A stretch of DNA of 32,000 nt from Horticoccus luteus. GTDB taxonomy: Bacteria; Verrucomicrobiota; Verrucomicrobiia; Opitutales; Opitutaceae. Shown in pieces: positions 1 to 7,452 of this stretch; position 1 is the stretch's first letter; each line of letters starts with the position of its first letter. The notes beneath the pieces were generated by a model. That model worked only from the letters and a program-made list of their open reading frames with translations, did not search any database and had not been told where the DNA came from. Where the stretch lies: positions 3,120,001 through 3,152,000 of the forward strand of contig NZ_CP080507.1 in the NCBI RefSeq assembly GCF_019464535.1. Reading direction: 5' to 3'. Position numbers and translations under genes: made by a program.

Positions 1-1143
1 GCCGTCGCCGTCTAGATCGACCGCCGACGGTGCGGAGAGCACGCCGAACTTCACTTCGTCGGCCAGTTGCCGGAAAAACCGCGGCGGCAAAAATTGCGGC
101 ATGCCATCGGCGACTTTCCCGGTGTTCTGCAGGAGTGCTACCCGGCCGTCCTCCTGACCGACGACCAAGTCGAGGTGGCCGTCGCCGTTGAAGTCGCACG
201 CGACCGGCGCGATCATGCACAAGTCCATTGTGAGCGGCACGCCGCCGAGCGCGAGACGCCGGCCCGGTGCGTAGCGCGGCTCGGTGCGCGTGCCGATATT
301 TTCGAAATAGGTGAAACCGTCGATGAACTCGCCGCAGATGAGGTCGAGCTTGCCGGTGCCGCGAAAATCGCCGAAGCAAGGCGACGGCCGCCCGTAGACA
401 TCAATCGCCGCATCGCCCGCTTTCAATTGAATCGGTTTCGCATACGAGGGCACTTCGTTGGTCCCCGTGTTGCGGAGGAGGTAAACGTAGCCGTGCAGGG
501 GGCCAAACTTCCATTTGCCGTTTTCATCGAACGCCGGCTCCGTGGCTTGATTCGAGGTGCGCCATTTGTAGTCGCCCCAATAATCAATGCCGACGATCAA
601 GTCGCGTTTCCCGTCGCCGTCGTAATCCACTTCGGTCCACTGGCTCGAGCGAATACCGCTGATGTCGGGCTTGGTGAGATTCGCGTCGGTGGCGCCGAAG
701 ATTTCCGGCACCGACGGCGCGTTGAGTTTCTGTGGTTGTTCAAGGGCGGATCGCGTGAAGTGCGGATAAATCGCTCCCGCGGTCAGCACGACGGGCTTGC
801 CGTCCACGTAGGAGATTTGTGCGGAGTCGATGCCGCGGCCCAGGCGCACGCCGGCCTTCAGCAGCGGCAGCCCGCCCTCCGGATCCGTGACGCCGCTGTT
901 CTCGAATAAATAAGTGCCGTTGTATGGCTTGCCCGAGCACACGACCACCAGGTCCATCAAGCCGTCGCCATTGTAATCCAGCGGCAGCGGCCAACCCCAC
1001 AGACCGACCCCGACATCGGTGCGAAGCGCAGGGTTGTTATACTTTATCCGCTGAAAGTCCGGCGGATTGGCTGCCAGTGCGGCGGTCGCCAGCAAGACGA
1101 GCGAGAGCAGACGCGAAGCAAGACGGGAGGAGCAGCAAAGCAT
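1..1143 (-). CDS. FG-GAP/VCBS-repeat secreted protein (N-terminal 381 codons; CDS continues past the left window edge)
   Basis: Absent from the ORF track because no stop lies inside the window. The reverse complement of 1..1143 is one open 381-codon frame from ATG (1143..1141). It begins MLCCSSRLASRLLSLVLLATAALAANPPDF, a signal-peptide-like N-terminus. Repeated Dx[DN]GDGxxDL[IV]V motifs follow (LDYNGDGLMDLVVV, VDYDGDGKRDLIVG, GDFRGTGKLDLICG, CDFNGDGHLDLVVG, VDLDGDG at the edge), typical of FG-GAP/VCBS beta-propeller repeats. Track ORF 67..909 (+) is its Arg-rich antisense shadow. Confidence 0.75.
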   Translation of the reverse strand, partial: MLCCSSRLASRLLSLVLLATAALAANPPDFQRIKYNNPALRTDVGVGLWGWPLPLDYNGDGLMDLVVVCSGKPYNGTYLFENSGVTDPEGGLPLLKAGVRLGRGIDSAQISYVDGKPVVLTAGAIYPHFTRSALEQPQKLNAPSVPEIFGATDANLTKPDISGIRSSQWTEVDYDGDGKRDLIVGIDYWGDYKWRTSNQATEPAFDENGKWKFGPLHGYVYLLRNTGTNEVPSYAKPIQLKAGDAAIDVYGRPSPCFGDFRGTGKLDLICGEFIDGFTYFENIGTRTEPRYAPGRRLALGGVPLTMDLCMIAPVACDFNGDGHLDLVVGQEDGRVALLQNTGKVADGMPQFLPPRFFRQLADEVKFGVLSAPSAVDLDGDG

Positions 1144-1193
1144 GGTGAAATGGGGGTTGGGTGCCGCGCGACAAACCAATCCGGCGCGGAAGC

Positions 1194-3485
1194 TCAGAAC
1201 CGCGTCGACACGCTAAACCGATAGGTGCGGGGCGGCTGGTCGCGCGTGATGAGGAATGGATCGTTGCCAATGTTCGTGACCATCAGGTCGAAGTTATAGC
1301 TGCGCCACCGGTAGGCGACGCCGGCATCATAGCTGTGCTGCGTTTCCGGAATCGACGTGAGCCCGTAACCGGTGAGCTGAGTGATGAGCGGACCGACGAG
1401 TGAGAGACCGGCCTTCACTTCCCACCCTTGCTCCTTCGCATCGCGGAAGCTGTATTTGGCGAAAAAGTTGAAGTTCCAGTCCGGCGCGAAACGCAGCGGG
1501 ATGCGGCCGGGGTTTGAGGCAGTCGTCCAGCCGAGCGTGTTTTGCTGGCCGGTGAAGCCTTGGCTGGTGTCCATGCGCGTGTAATTCGCAATTATGCTGA
1601 GGCGGTCGGTCACGCTGCCAAACGCACTGACTTCGTAGCCCTTTGACTGCGCACCTTGGATCTCCGTTTGCGTGCCATACGTGATCGATTGGCCTTGCGA
1701 GACGCCATTGGTGAGCACGTTCGCGGTGCTGCCAGTCTTCGTCATTTCCCAGTAGTCCGCAGCAAATGACAACCGGCCTTGCAACACCTCTCCCTTCACG
1801 CCGACCTCGCGCAGGTCGGTGATGGGGCTCACGACGAAAAACTCATTCAGCCGCGGATCCCCCGCGAGCAGACCGTTGTAGCGTTTTACGGAGCGAGTGG
1901 GGTCGGTCTGCACGCTTTTCACTGCGTAAACAGCCAGGCGCGGCGTGATTTTCACCGTGGCGCCGTAGCGATACGAATTGAGCGTGGTGTCGGCCGAGCT
2001 CGAGATTGCGCCAGTCACGGCGTTGCGTGTGGCCGTCCCATCGTGATCGGAGCGCAGACCGCCGGTCAGGATCAGACGGTCCTTGAAGAGACTCACGTCC
2101 TGCTGCGCATACATGCCAAAGCTGAACGCCTTGTTGCGGGTGAAGCTGGATCGCGAGAGGTTCGTCACCGTGCGGCCGTCGTAGAAGCTCGCGCTGTAGC
2201 CGGCGGCTTTGATCGCGGCCATGTTGAGGACGTTGAACGGCGCATTGGGGATGCCGGAGTAGTTCGCGTTCACGCTATATGAATCGTCGTAGGAATAGCC
2301 GACCATTGTCGTGCCACCGAGCCACGAGACCGGCTGATATTTGGCGATGAGGTCGCCCTGCGTCGTGGTCGCCCGCCGCCAGCCGTTGCTGCCCGTATAT
2401 TGCGAATTGACGGCGATGTTCGTGTTGTCCTCCCCCGTGTAAGTGAACGAATCGCTGCCGAAATAGCGCAGATTCGCGACCTCGCGGAAGAACAGCCAGT
2501 CGGTGAACTGGTGGGTGACAAACACGGTCACGTTGGCGACTTTCTCGCGGTCCGTCTCACCCGGCCCGGCGATGTTGAAATCGTAAGGCAGGTCGAGCGC
2601 GGTGATGGGGTCGCTCGGGGTGTTGAAGATCGGAACCAACCGGCGCGCCTTGCCCGGATACAGTGCGAAACCGTGGCCCTCCTCGCGCGACGGCGTCCTC
2701 AGATCCAGCAGTTCGCCCACGACGATCAGTTCCGTCTTGTCGGCCACCTGCCACTTGAACGAGGGATAGAGCGCTAAATTCCGGTTTTCTTGAAACTTGA
2801 TGTAATCGTCGCCCCGCTCCCACGCGCCGGCGACGCGCGCCGCCATTTTCGAATTGATGGCGTAGTTCGAGTCGAACTCCAAGCGATTGGAAAACGCACT
2901 GTATTCATTCGTTGACGCCGCGTATTTCACGGAGGTGTCGGTCCGCCCCAGCTCCGGTTTCTTCAGGATGAAATTCAGCAATCCCGTGCCGCCAGCACGG
3001 CCTTGGACCGCGGACGGCGGGCCCTTCACCACCTCCAGGCGCTCGTAGCCGATCAGGTCACGCTTGCTATTGCCCATGCGCACGCCATCGACCGCGATCG
3101 AACCATTGGTCTCGAAACCGCGGAGGTTGACGCCATCGCCCGACCCGGCGTTGCGGTTGCGCACGTAAACATTGGCGACATAACGAAATGATTGATCGAA
3201 GGTCGTCGCGCCAACGTCATTCCAAAATTCCTTCGTCACGATGTCGACGGTCTGCGGAATTTCGATCAACGGCGTGTTCGTGCGCGTGGCAGTGGACGCT
3301 GTCGTCACTCGGTATCCGCTGCTGCGTTCGGCGGTCACCGAGAACGGTTGCAGCGACACCACTTCGTCGGAGCCGGAGGGCGAACCTCCGTCGGTTTGGG
3401 CCTCGGCCCGCGCTGCCATCAGCAAGGCCGGCAGAAACATCAACACGAGGCGGAGACGGGATTTCTTCGTCGGGATGGGGGTCAT
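1194..3485 (-). CDS. TonB-dependent outer-membrane receptor
   Basis: Track ORF, 763 aa. Signal peptide MTPIPTKKSRLRLVLMFLPALLMAARAEAQ. Plug-like N-terminal region (PLIEIPQTVDIVT, GDGVNLRGF, RLEVVKGPPSAVQG), then a long Gly/Tyr/Asn-rich barrel region and a terminal aromatic residue (...YRFSVSTRF). It ends 50 nt upstream of the FG-GAP gene on the same strand. Confidence 0.9.
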   Translation of the reverse strand: MTPIPTKKSRLRLVLMFLPALLMAARAEAQTDGGSPSGSDEVVSLQPFSVTAERSSGYRVTTASTATRTNTPLIEIPQTVDIVTKEFWNDVGATTFDQSFRYVANVYVRNRNAGSGDGVNLRGFETNGSIAVDGVRMGNSKRDLIGYERLEVVKGPPSAVQGRAGGTGLLNFILKKPELGRTDTSVKYAASTNEYSAFSNRLEFDSNYAINSKMAARVAGAWERGDDYIKFQENRNLALYPSFKWQVADKTELIVVGELLDLRTPSREEGHGFALYPGKARRLVPIFNTPSDPITALDLPYDFNIAGPGETDREKVANVTVFVTHQFTDWLFFREVANLRYFGSDSFTYTGEDNTNIAVNSQYTGSNGWRRATTTQGDLIAKYQPVSWLGGTTMVGYSYDDSYSVNANYSGIPNAPFNVLNMAAIKAAGYSASFYDGRTVTNLSRSSFTRNKAFSFGMYAQQDVSLFKDRLILTGGLRSDHDGTATRNAVTGAISSSADTTLNSYRYGATVKITPRLAVYAVKSVQTDPTRSVKRYNGLLAGDPRLNEFFVVSPITDLREVGVKGEVLQGRLSFAADYWEMTKTGSTANVLTNGVSQGQSITYGTQTEIQGAQSKGYEVSAFGSVTDRLSIIANYTRMDTSQGFTGQQNTLGWTTASNPGRIPLRFAPDWNFNFFAKYSFRDAKEQGWEVKAGLSLVGPLITQLTGYGLTSIPETQHSYDAGVAYRWRSYNFDLMVTNIGNDPFLITRDQPPRTYRFSVSTRF

Positions 3486-3508
3486 GGCGAAACGGAAAAG
3501 AAAGACAA

Positions 3509-3528
3509 TTGCTCAAACGATTTAGCTA
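3509..3528. promoter_or_regulatory. Degenerate operator-like palindrome TTGCTCAAAC|GATTTAGCTA (candidate LacI-family site 1)
   Basis: 24 nt upstream of the receptor ATG (3485). The half-sites match 7/10 around a central CG. It shares TTGCT...ATTTAGC with the stronger palindrome at 3587..3608. Confidence 0.3.
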
Positions 3529-3530
3529 GA

Positions 3531-3556
3531 CGTTGCTCGCAGTCTCACGAGCAACG
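3531..3556. repeat. Inverted repeat / leader hairpin CGTTGCTCG-(8 nt)-CGAGCAACG
   Basis: Perfect 9-bp arms (3531..3539 and 3548..3556) with an 8-nt loop, lying between the two operator-like sites. It reuses the GTTGCT/AGCAAC core of those sites. No T-tract follows on either strand, so I do not call it a terminator. Confidence 0.3.
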
Positions 3557-3586
3557 CAGGGAGTGTGGAGGGGCCACGGGCGAAGA

Positions 3587-3608
3587 GTTGCTAAATGGAT
3601 TTAGCAAC
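3587..3608. promoter_or_regulatory. Near-perfect palindrome GTTGCTAAAT-GG-ATTTAGCAAC (candidate LacI-family operator site 2)
   Basis: Perfect 10-bp arms separated by 2 nt. It sits between the LacI-family gene stop (3628) and the receptor start (3485). On the minus strand it is immediately preceded by a -35-like TTGACG (plus-strand cgtcaa, 3608..3613), so a bound repressor would cover the spacer and -10 region. Confidence 0.45.
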
Positions 3609-3627
3609 GTCAAGCGGTTTTTCCTTT

Positions 3628-4665
3628 TTACGCCCGCCGCTGCGTCGACTGCCGCATAAAAACCGGTGGCACCACAAGCACTTCGGTCGACACGCTTTCC
3701 TCTCCGCGCAACAACCGAAACAACATCGGCACCGCTTCAGCCACCATGGCTTCATTGGCGCCCGCCACGGTCGTCAGCGGCGGATCCAAATATTCGGCGA
3801 GCTCGTAGTCGCCTATGCCCACGACCGCGACATCGTCCGGCACACGCCGCCCGCTTGCCTTAATCGCGCGATAAGCGCCCGCCGCGAGACTGTCGTTCAC
3901 CGCGAAGAGTCCGTCCAATTGTCCGCCCTCGCTGAAGAATGCCTCCAGCGCAACTGCCCCATCGTGCGGCTGCAAGCCTGTGCTGACGATCTTCGCTGCC
4001 TCTCGTCCCGTGCGCTCTTTCACCACTCGGGTAAACGCCGCCAGCCGATCCGATGTCGTGTGCGTCAACTGCCTGCTGTGGAGAATGCCTGGCTTTCCGC
4101 ATTTGGCCTCGAGCAACACTTCCGCCGAGCGGCGGCCGACGAAGTCCGGCGCCTCGAGCACGCAATGGTAATGCGGTATTCGCCGGCCGAGCACCACGAC
4201 CGGATAAGGCAATCTCGCTTCCGCGACGAACGCGTCGTCCACCGGCAGCGTGTTGGTAAGTATCACGCCATGGTAGCGATTGGCGTCGAGCAGCCCCGCC
4301 TTCTCGCTCAACCGCCCCGCGTGAAACATCTCGATCGCGACCGCATAACGCGTGTGCTCCGTCGTCTGCACGTCCACGGCGCGTTGCAATGCATGCAGCA
4401 CCTGACCCACCAGTGGCAATGGCGCCTCGTAGGAAGTAAGAATGGCCAAGTCGAATTGCCGCGTCGCCGACTTGTGCGCCCGCAAGCGCCGTCCCGCCAT
4501 GTTCGGCACATAGCCGAGCGCGGTCGCCGCCTCGCGGATTTTTCGGACCGTCTCCGACGAAAGCCTGCGCTCGATGTGCCGGTTGGCCAGTGTCGACGAG
4601 ACCGCCGCAGGGGATACTCCGACGTGCTTGGCGATCTCGTAGATCGTGACCGCGGGCTTGCTCAC
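3628..4665 (-). CDS. LacI-family transcriptional regulator
   Basis: Track ORF 3628..4758. It has a LacI-type HTH (TIYEIAKHVGVSPAAVSSTLANR...VRKIREAATALGYVPN) followed by a periplasmic-binding-protein-like sugar-binding core. I place the start at GTG 4665 (VSKPAVTIYEI) because the 31 upstream codons are Arg/Pro-rich and would overlap the divergent gene start. ATG 4758 is the longest alternative. Confidence 0.85.
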   Translation of the reverse strand: MSKPAVTIYEIAKHVGVSPAAVSSTLANRHIERRLSSETVRKIREAATALGYVPNMAGRRLRAHKSATRQFDLAILTSYEAPLPLVGQVLHALQRAVDVQTTEHTRYAVAIEMFHAGRLSEKAGLLDANRYHGVILTNTLPVDDAFVAEARLPYPVVVLGRRIPHYHCVLEAPDFVGRRSAEVLLEAKCGKPGILHSRQLTHTTSDRLAAFTRVVKERTGREAAKIVSTGLQPHDGAVALEAFFSEGGQLDGLFAVNDSLAAGAYRAIKASGRRVPDDVAVVGIGDYELAEYLDPPLTTVAGANEAMVAEAVPMLFRLLRGEESVSTEVLVVPPVFMRQSTQRRA

Positions 4666-4756
4666 GCCGCCAGAATGCGGCCACCGCTGGTCGCTACGAG
4701 CAATTTTCGTTTGTGGAGGAGCCGCTACGGGCTCCGTTCGCGGTGCCGCTCGCCGC

Positions 4757-5542
4757 ATGCCATATTTCTTCGCTTGGCGAGCGGCGGTGTTTGCACAACA
4801 ACCCCCGCCGTTGAACGCCCCCTCGCCTTCCCTTCCCGCTTACGAGCCCGGCGATACCGCCGTGCGCCGCATCGCCGGGTGGCGGCTCGCCGTGCTCTGG
4901 CCGTTCGCCATGCTCGTGCGCCTGTGGGGCATGTCGCTGCGCTTCGAATCCTCCCCCGAAGATCTCCGCCACTACACTAAACGCGACGTGCCCGTCGCCT
5001 TCGTGCTCTGGCACAACCGGCTCTTTCTCGCCCCCGAAATCTACCGCCGTTGGCGGCGTCCGCGCCCGCTCTACGCCCTCGTCAGCGCCAGTCAGGACGG
5101 GGCGTGGCTGACGGCGTTCTTCTCTCTCGTCGGCATGCGCACTGTGCGTGGTTCCAGCAGCCGCCTCGGACGCGAGGCCGCGTCGGCGCTCGTCGAAGTG
5201 CAGCGCGCCGGCCACGACATCGGCGTGACGCCCGACGGCCCCCGTGGCCCGTGTTACGAAGTGAAGCCCGGCGCGTTGATCGTCGCCCGGCGCACCAAAG
5301 CGCCTCTCCTTTTGGTGGGCGGCACGTTCACTTCCGTGTGGCGGCTGAAAAGCTGGGACCGGTTCATTCTCCCGAAACCTTTCTCGCGCGTGCGCATGCA
5401 GTGCGAACTCATCGCGCCCGAACAACTCGCCGATCGCGACGCCGCGACCGCCCTGCTCCAGAACCGCTTGCTCGCGCTCAATCCCGATCCTGATGGCGGC
5501 GGCGCAGCTGGCCCGACGCCGCGAGCGCCCGGCTCAGCTTGA
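4757..5542 (+). CDS. DUF374 / lysophospholipid-acyltransferase-like family protein
   Basis: Track ORF 4646..5542, with the start moved to ATG 4757 (MPYFFAWRAAV). Family-like blocks are present: FVLWHNRLF, SASQDGAWL...VRGSSSRLGREA, GVTPDGPRGPCYEVKPGALIVA. Start position is uncertain. Confidence 0.7.
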   Translation: MPYFFAWRAAVFAQQPPPLNAPSPSLPAYEPGDTAVRRIAGWRLAVLWPFAMLVRLWGMSLRFESSPEDLRHYTKRDVPVAFVLWHNRLFLAPEIYRRWRRPRPLYALVSASQDGAWLTAFFSLVGMRTVRGSSSRLGREAASALVEVQRAGHDIGVTPDGPRGPCYEVKPGALIVARRTKAPLLLVGGTFTSVWRLKSWDRFILPKPFSRVRMQCELIAPEQLADRDAATALLQNRLLALNPDPDGGGAAGPTPRAPGSA

Positions 5543-5563
5543 ATTAAAAGCCGATCTCGCCGT

Positions 5564-6007
5564 TTAGAAAAACGGCGCGAACGACGTGTCTTCTCCCGCC
5601 GCGGCGCGATAGTCGTCGCCGACCGACCACGCTTCGTCGTTGCGCAAAAATTTGAAGATCACCGGGCCGCCCGACGCCGGCAGTTCGATCAACCATTCTT
5701 CGGCCCCGGCACATTGCATCAGCCGGCCCTGGCTCCAGCTCAACCCGGCGCCTTCGCCGCGAATGAACAGAGAATTGCCGAAACCGACGTCGATCGTCGC
5801 CCGGATTTTGGTCATCGCCGGACCGGCCGCAGGCGATTTTGCCGCAACGGGTTTGGCCGCGGCGGCCGTCGGCGCGGTGGCGGCGGCGGACTTCTTGGCA
5901 GTGGATGCGACTTTAGCCGTCGGGGTGGTCGACTTCGAACGCGTTGATTTGGACGCAGGGGCGGGCGCCTTGGTTGTGTTGCTGGTCTTTTTCATTGGCG
6001 TTGGCAT
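5564..6007 (-). CDS. Hypothetical protein: Lys/Ala/Pro-rich histone-H1-like N-terminal tail plus CBM20-like beta-sandwich C-terminal domain
   Basis: Track ORF 5564..6124. The first ~40 codons (MTILRFSPRAFG...) look like read-through, so I place the start at ATG 6007 (MPTPMKKTSN); ATG 5995 is equally possible. The tail is KKTSNTTKAPAPASKSTRSKSTTPTAKVASTAKKSAAATAPTAAAAKPVAAKSPAAG. The C-terminus is IRATIDVGFGNSLFIRGEGAGLSWSQGRLMQCAGAEEWLIELPASGGPVIFKFLRNDEAWSVGDDY. That segment follows the G-x-L-x-I-x-G...L-S-W...W...LP...I-x-F-K-F pattern of starch-binding-type modules. Confidence 0.6.
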   Translation of the reverse strand: MPTPMKKTSNTTKAPAPASKSTRSKSTTPTAKVASTAKKSAAATAPTAAAAKPVAAKSPAAGPAMTKIRATIDVGFGNSLFIRGEGAGLSWSQGRLMQCAGAEEWLIELPASGGPVIFKFLRNDEAWSVGDDYRAAAGEDTSFAPFF

Positions 6008-6166
6008 AAGCTTGCAGAGCGGAATATTCTCCGAACTTCGAGCGGGGAAGCAAACGCAAAGCCCGCGTAATGAATTTTCGCGGCCCGTCCCAAACGCCCG
6101 CGGAGAAAAGCGTAAAATTGTCATTTACTCGCCGCGCCTCATCAACCAAAACGCTCCTCTTCTCTC

Positions 6167-6242
6167 GGGCCGGTAGCTCAGTTGATAGAGCGCGTCGTTC
6201 GCAACGACGAGGTCGTCGGTTTGATCCCGATCCGGTCCACCA
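6167..6242 (+). tRNA. tRNA-Ala (anticodon CGC), CCA encoded
   Basis: GGGCCGG TA GCTC AGTTGATA GAGC G CGTCG TTCGCAA CGACG AGGTC GTCGG TTTGATC CCGAT CCGGTCC A CCA. The 7-bp acceptor stem carries the Ala identity pair G3:U70. The anticodon loop TTCGCAA gives CGC. The Levitt pair G15:C48 and G53:C61 are present. A19 and U56 are unusual (see findings). Confidence 0.9.
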
Positions 6243-6332
6243 CTCACCGAAGAAGCTCACGGGCGGTAGCTTAAGCGAGGTTAAGGCTTCTCCGATCGCC
6301 GGTCGGTCCGCGCAAAATTTCCCGGTTCCCCC

Positions 6333-6352
6333 GCCGCAAAGCGGCTTGTGTT
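6333..6352 (+). terminator. Weak candidate intrinsic terminator downstream of tRNA-Ala
   Basis: GCCGC-aaa-GCGGC (5-bp GC stem, 3-nt loop) followed by TTGTGTT, about 90 nt after the tRNA 3' end. The stem is short and the U-tract is interrupted. Confidence 0.3.
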
Positions 6353-6381
6353 GAGAGCGTTCGCCGAGAAGAAATCTGCTG

Positions 6382-7413
6382 ATGTGCGCCTCCCCATCGA
6401 ATCCGCCTGCGGCCGCGCCGCGAACGACCTTGGAATTTCTTGATGCTCCTGCTCACCCGGTCATCGGACCGGACCATCCGGAGCTCGCGGGCAACCGATA
6501 CGGCTTCGAAGGTGGAAGTGTGATTTACGAATCCGGCGTGTTTCATCTTTTTACGGCCGAGATGGCGGACGATCCGTTTTGGGCGAAGATGCGGCTCGCC
6601 CACTGGTCGAGTCCGGACGGGGCGAACTGGCAGCGCGTCGGCACGCTCTACGAAACCCCGGGCACGATGATCCCCGGCGACACGCGTTTCTCGCTCTGGT
6701 CGCCCATGCCCATTTTCAACGCGGCCGAGGATCGTTGGAATCTGTTCTACATTGCTTATCGACCGGGTTTCGGCGCGGGCGAGGGCCTGCATATGGATGG
6801 GCGGGTGTGGCGCGCAATTTCCCAACAGCCCGGGCGCTCCGGGATCGGTGGGCCTTATCGCGACGACGGCATCGTTCTGCAACCGGATGCGGATTCGCAA
6901 CCTTGGGAGGGCCAGCAGGGAACCGACTCGTTTTATCCGTGGCCAGTTGGCGGAAAGTGGCGGGCATTTTACGGCAGTCATAACCATGTGCCACATACGC
7001 CCTGGCTGGTCGGCCTCGCCGAAGCGCCGGCGCTGGCCGGTCCTTGGCGCCGTTGCCCGGGCGTGAACCCGTCTCCCATCGAACCGCACTTCATCGAAAA
7101 CCCGATCGTCGTATCCACCGCGGCGGGATTCATCGCGATTTACGACAATTGCCTTTCCGACGCAGGCACGCCCTACCTGCCGGACGGCCGGCACGTCGGC
7201 TACAGTGTCTCGACCGACAGCGTGCACTGGCCTCAAGGACGATCCGTCGCCGTGCAACCTGAGGGTCCCGCCAACTGGTCCGACGACGTGCGCACCCCAC
7301 TGTGTCTGGTCTCCACCGGTGACGACCACTGCACGATGATTTACACCGCCAAGCTCCGCGATCGCAATTTCTGGGGCGTCGGACTCGCCCGTCTCCGTTT
7401 GCGAACGTCCTGA
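6382..7413 (+). CDS. Hypothetical protein, beta-propeller-like (possibly GH43/GH32-clan-like glycoside hydrolase fold)
   Basis: Track ORF, 343 aa, with no obvious signal peptide. It has repeated blade-like segments (WSSPDGANWQRVG, STDSVHWPQG, WNLFYIAY, WRAFYG). The family cannot be assigned by eye. Opposite-strand ORF 6271..7329 is an Arg-rich shadow. Confidence 0.65.
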   Translation: MCASPSNPPAAAPRTTLEFLDAPAHPVIGPDHPELAGNRYGFEGGSVIYESGVFHLFTAEMADDPFWAKMRLAHWSSPDGANWQRVGTLYETPGTMIPGDTRFSLWSPMPIFNAAEDRWNLFYIAYRPGFGAGEGLHMDGRVWRAISQQPGRSGIGGPYRDDGIVLQPDADSQPWEGQQGTDSFYPWPVGGKWRAFYGSHNHVPHTPWLVGLAEAPALAGPWRRCPGVNPSPIEPHFIENPIVVSTAAGFIAIYDNCLSDAGTPYLPDGRHVGYSVSTDSVHWPQGRSVAVQPEGPANWSDDVRTPLCLVSTGDDHCTMIYTAKLRDRNFWGVGLARLRLRTS

Positions 7414-7452
7414 TTTCTCGCCGGGTTGGCCCGCGCAAGAATCTGAAACGAG

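Noticed and set aside
67-909. 280-aa + strand ORF at the left edge
   Set aside because: The opposite strand encodes a continuous FG-GAP repeat protein with a signal peptide and clear repeats. The + ORF starts with TTG and is Arg/Ala-rich with no motifs.
3486-3627. Cobalamin or other riboswitch upstream of the TonB-dependent receptor
   Set aside because: There is no B12-box-like core or multi-stem architecture. The region is better explained by palindromic protein-binding sites next to a LacI-family gene.
3595-4980. 461-aa + strand ORF overlapping the LacI-family gene
   Set aside because: It is an antisense shadow, with an Arg-rich translation and no domain signatures. Only its 3' end coincides in position, in a different frame, with the real DUF374 gene.
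5913-6354. ORFs 5913..6260 (-) and 6070..6354 (+) spanning the tRNA-Ala region
   Set aside because: Both read through the tRNA gene (for example RAGSSVDRARRSQRRGRRFDPDPVHH) and have no coding signatures.
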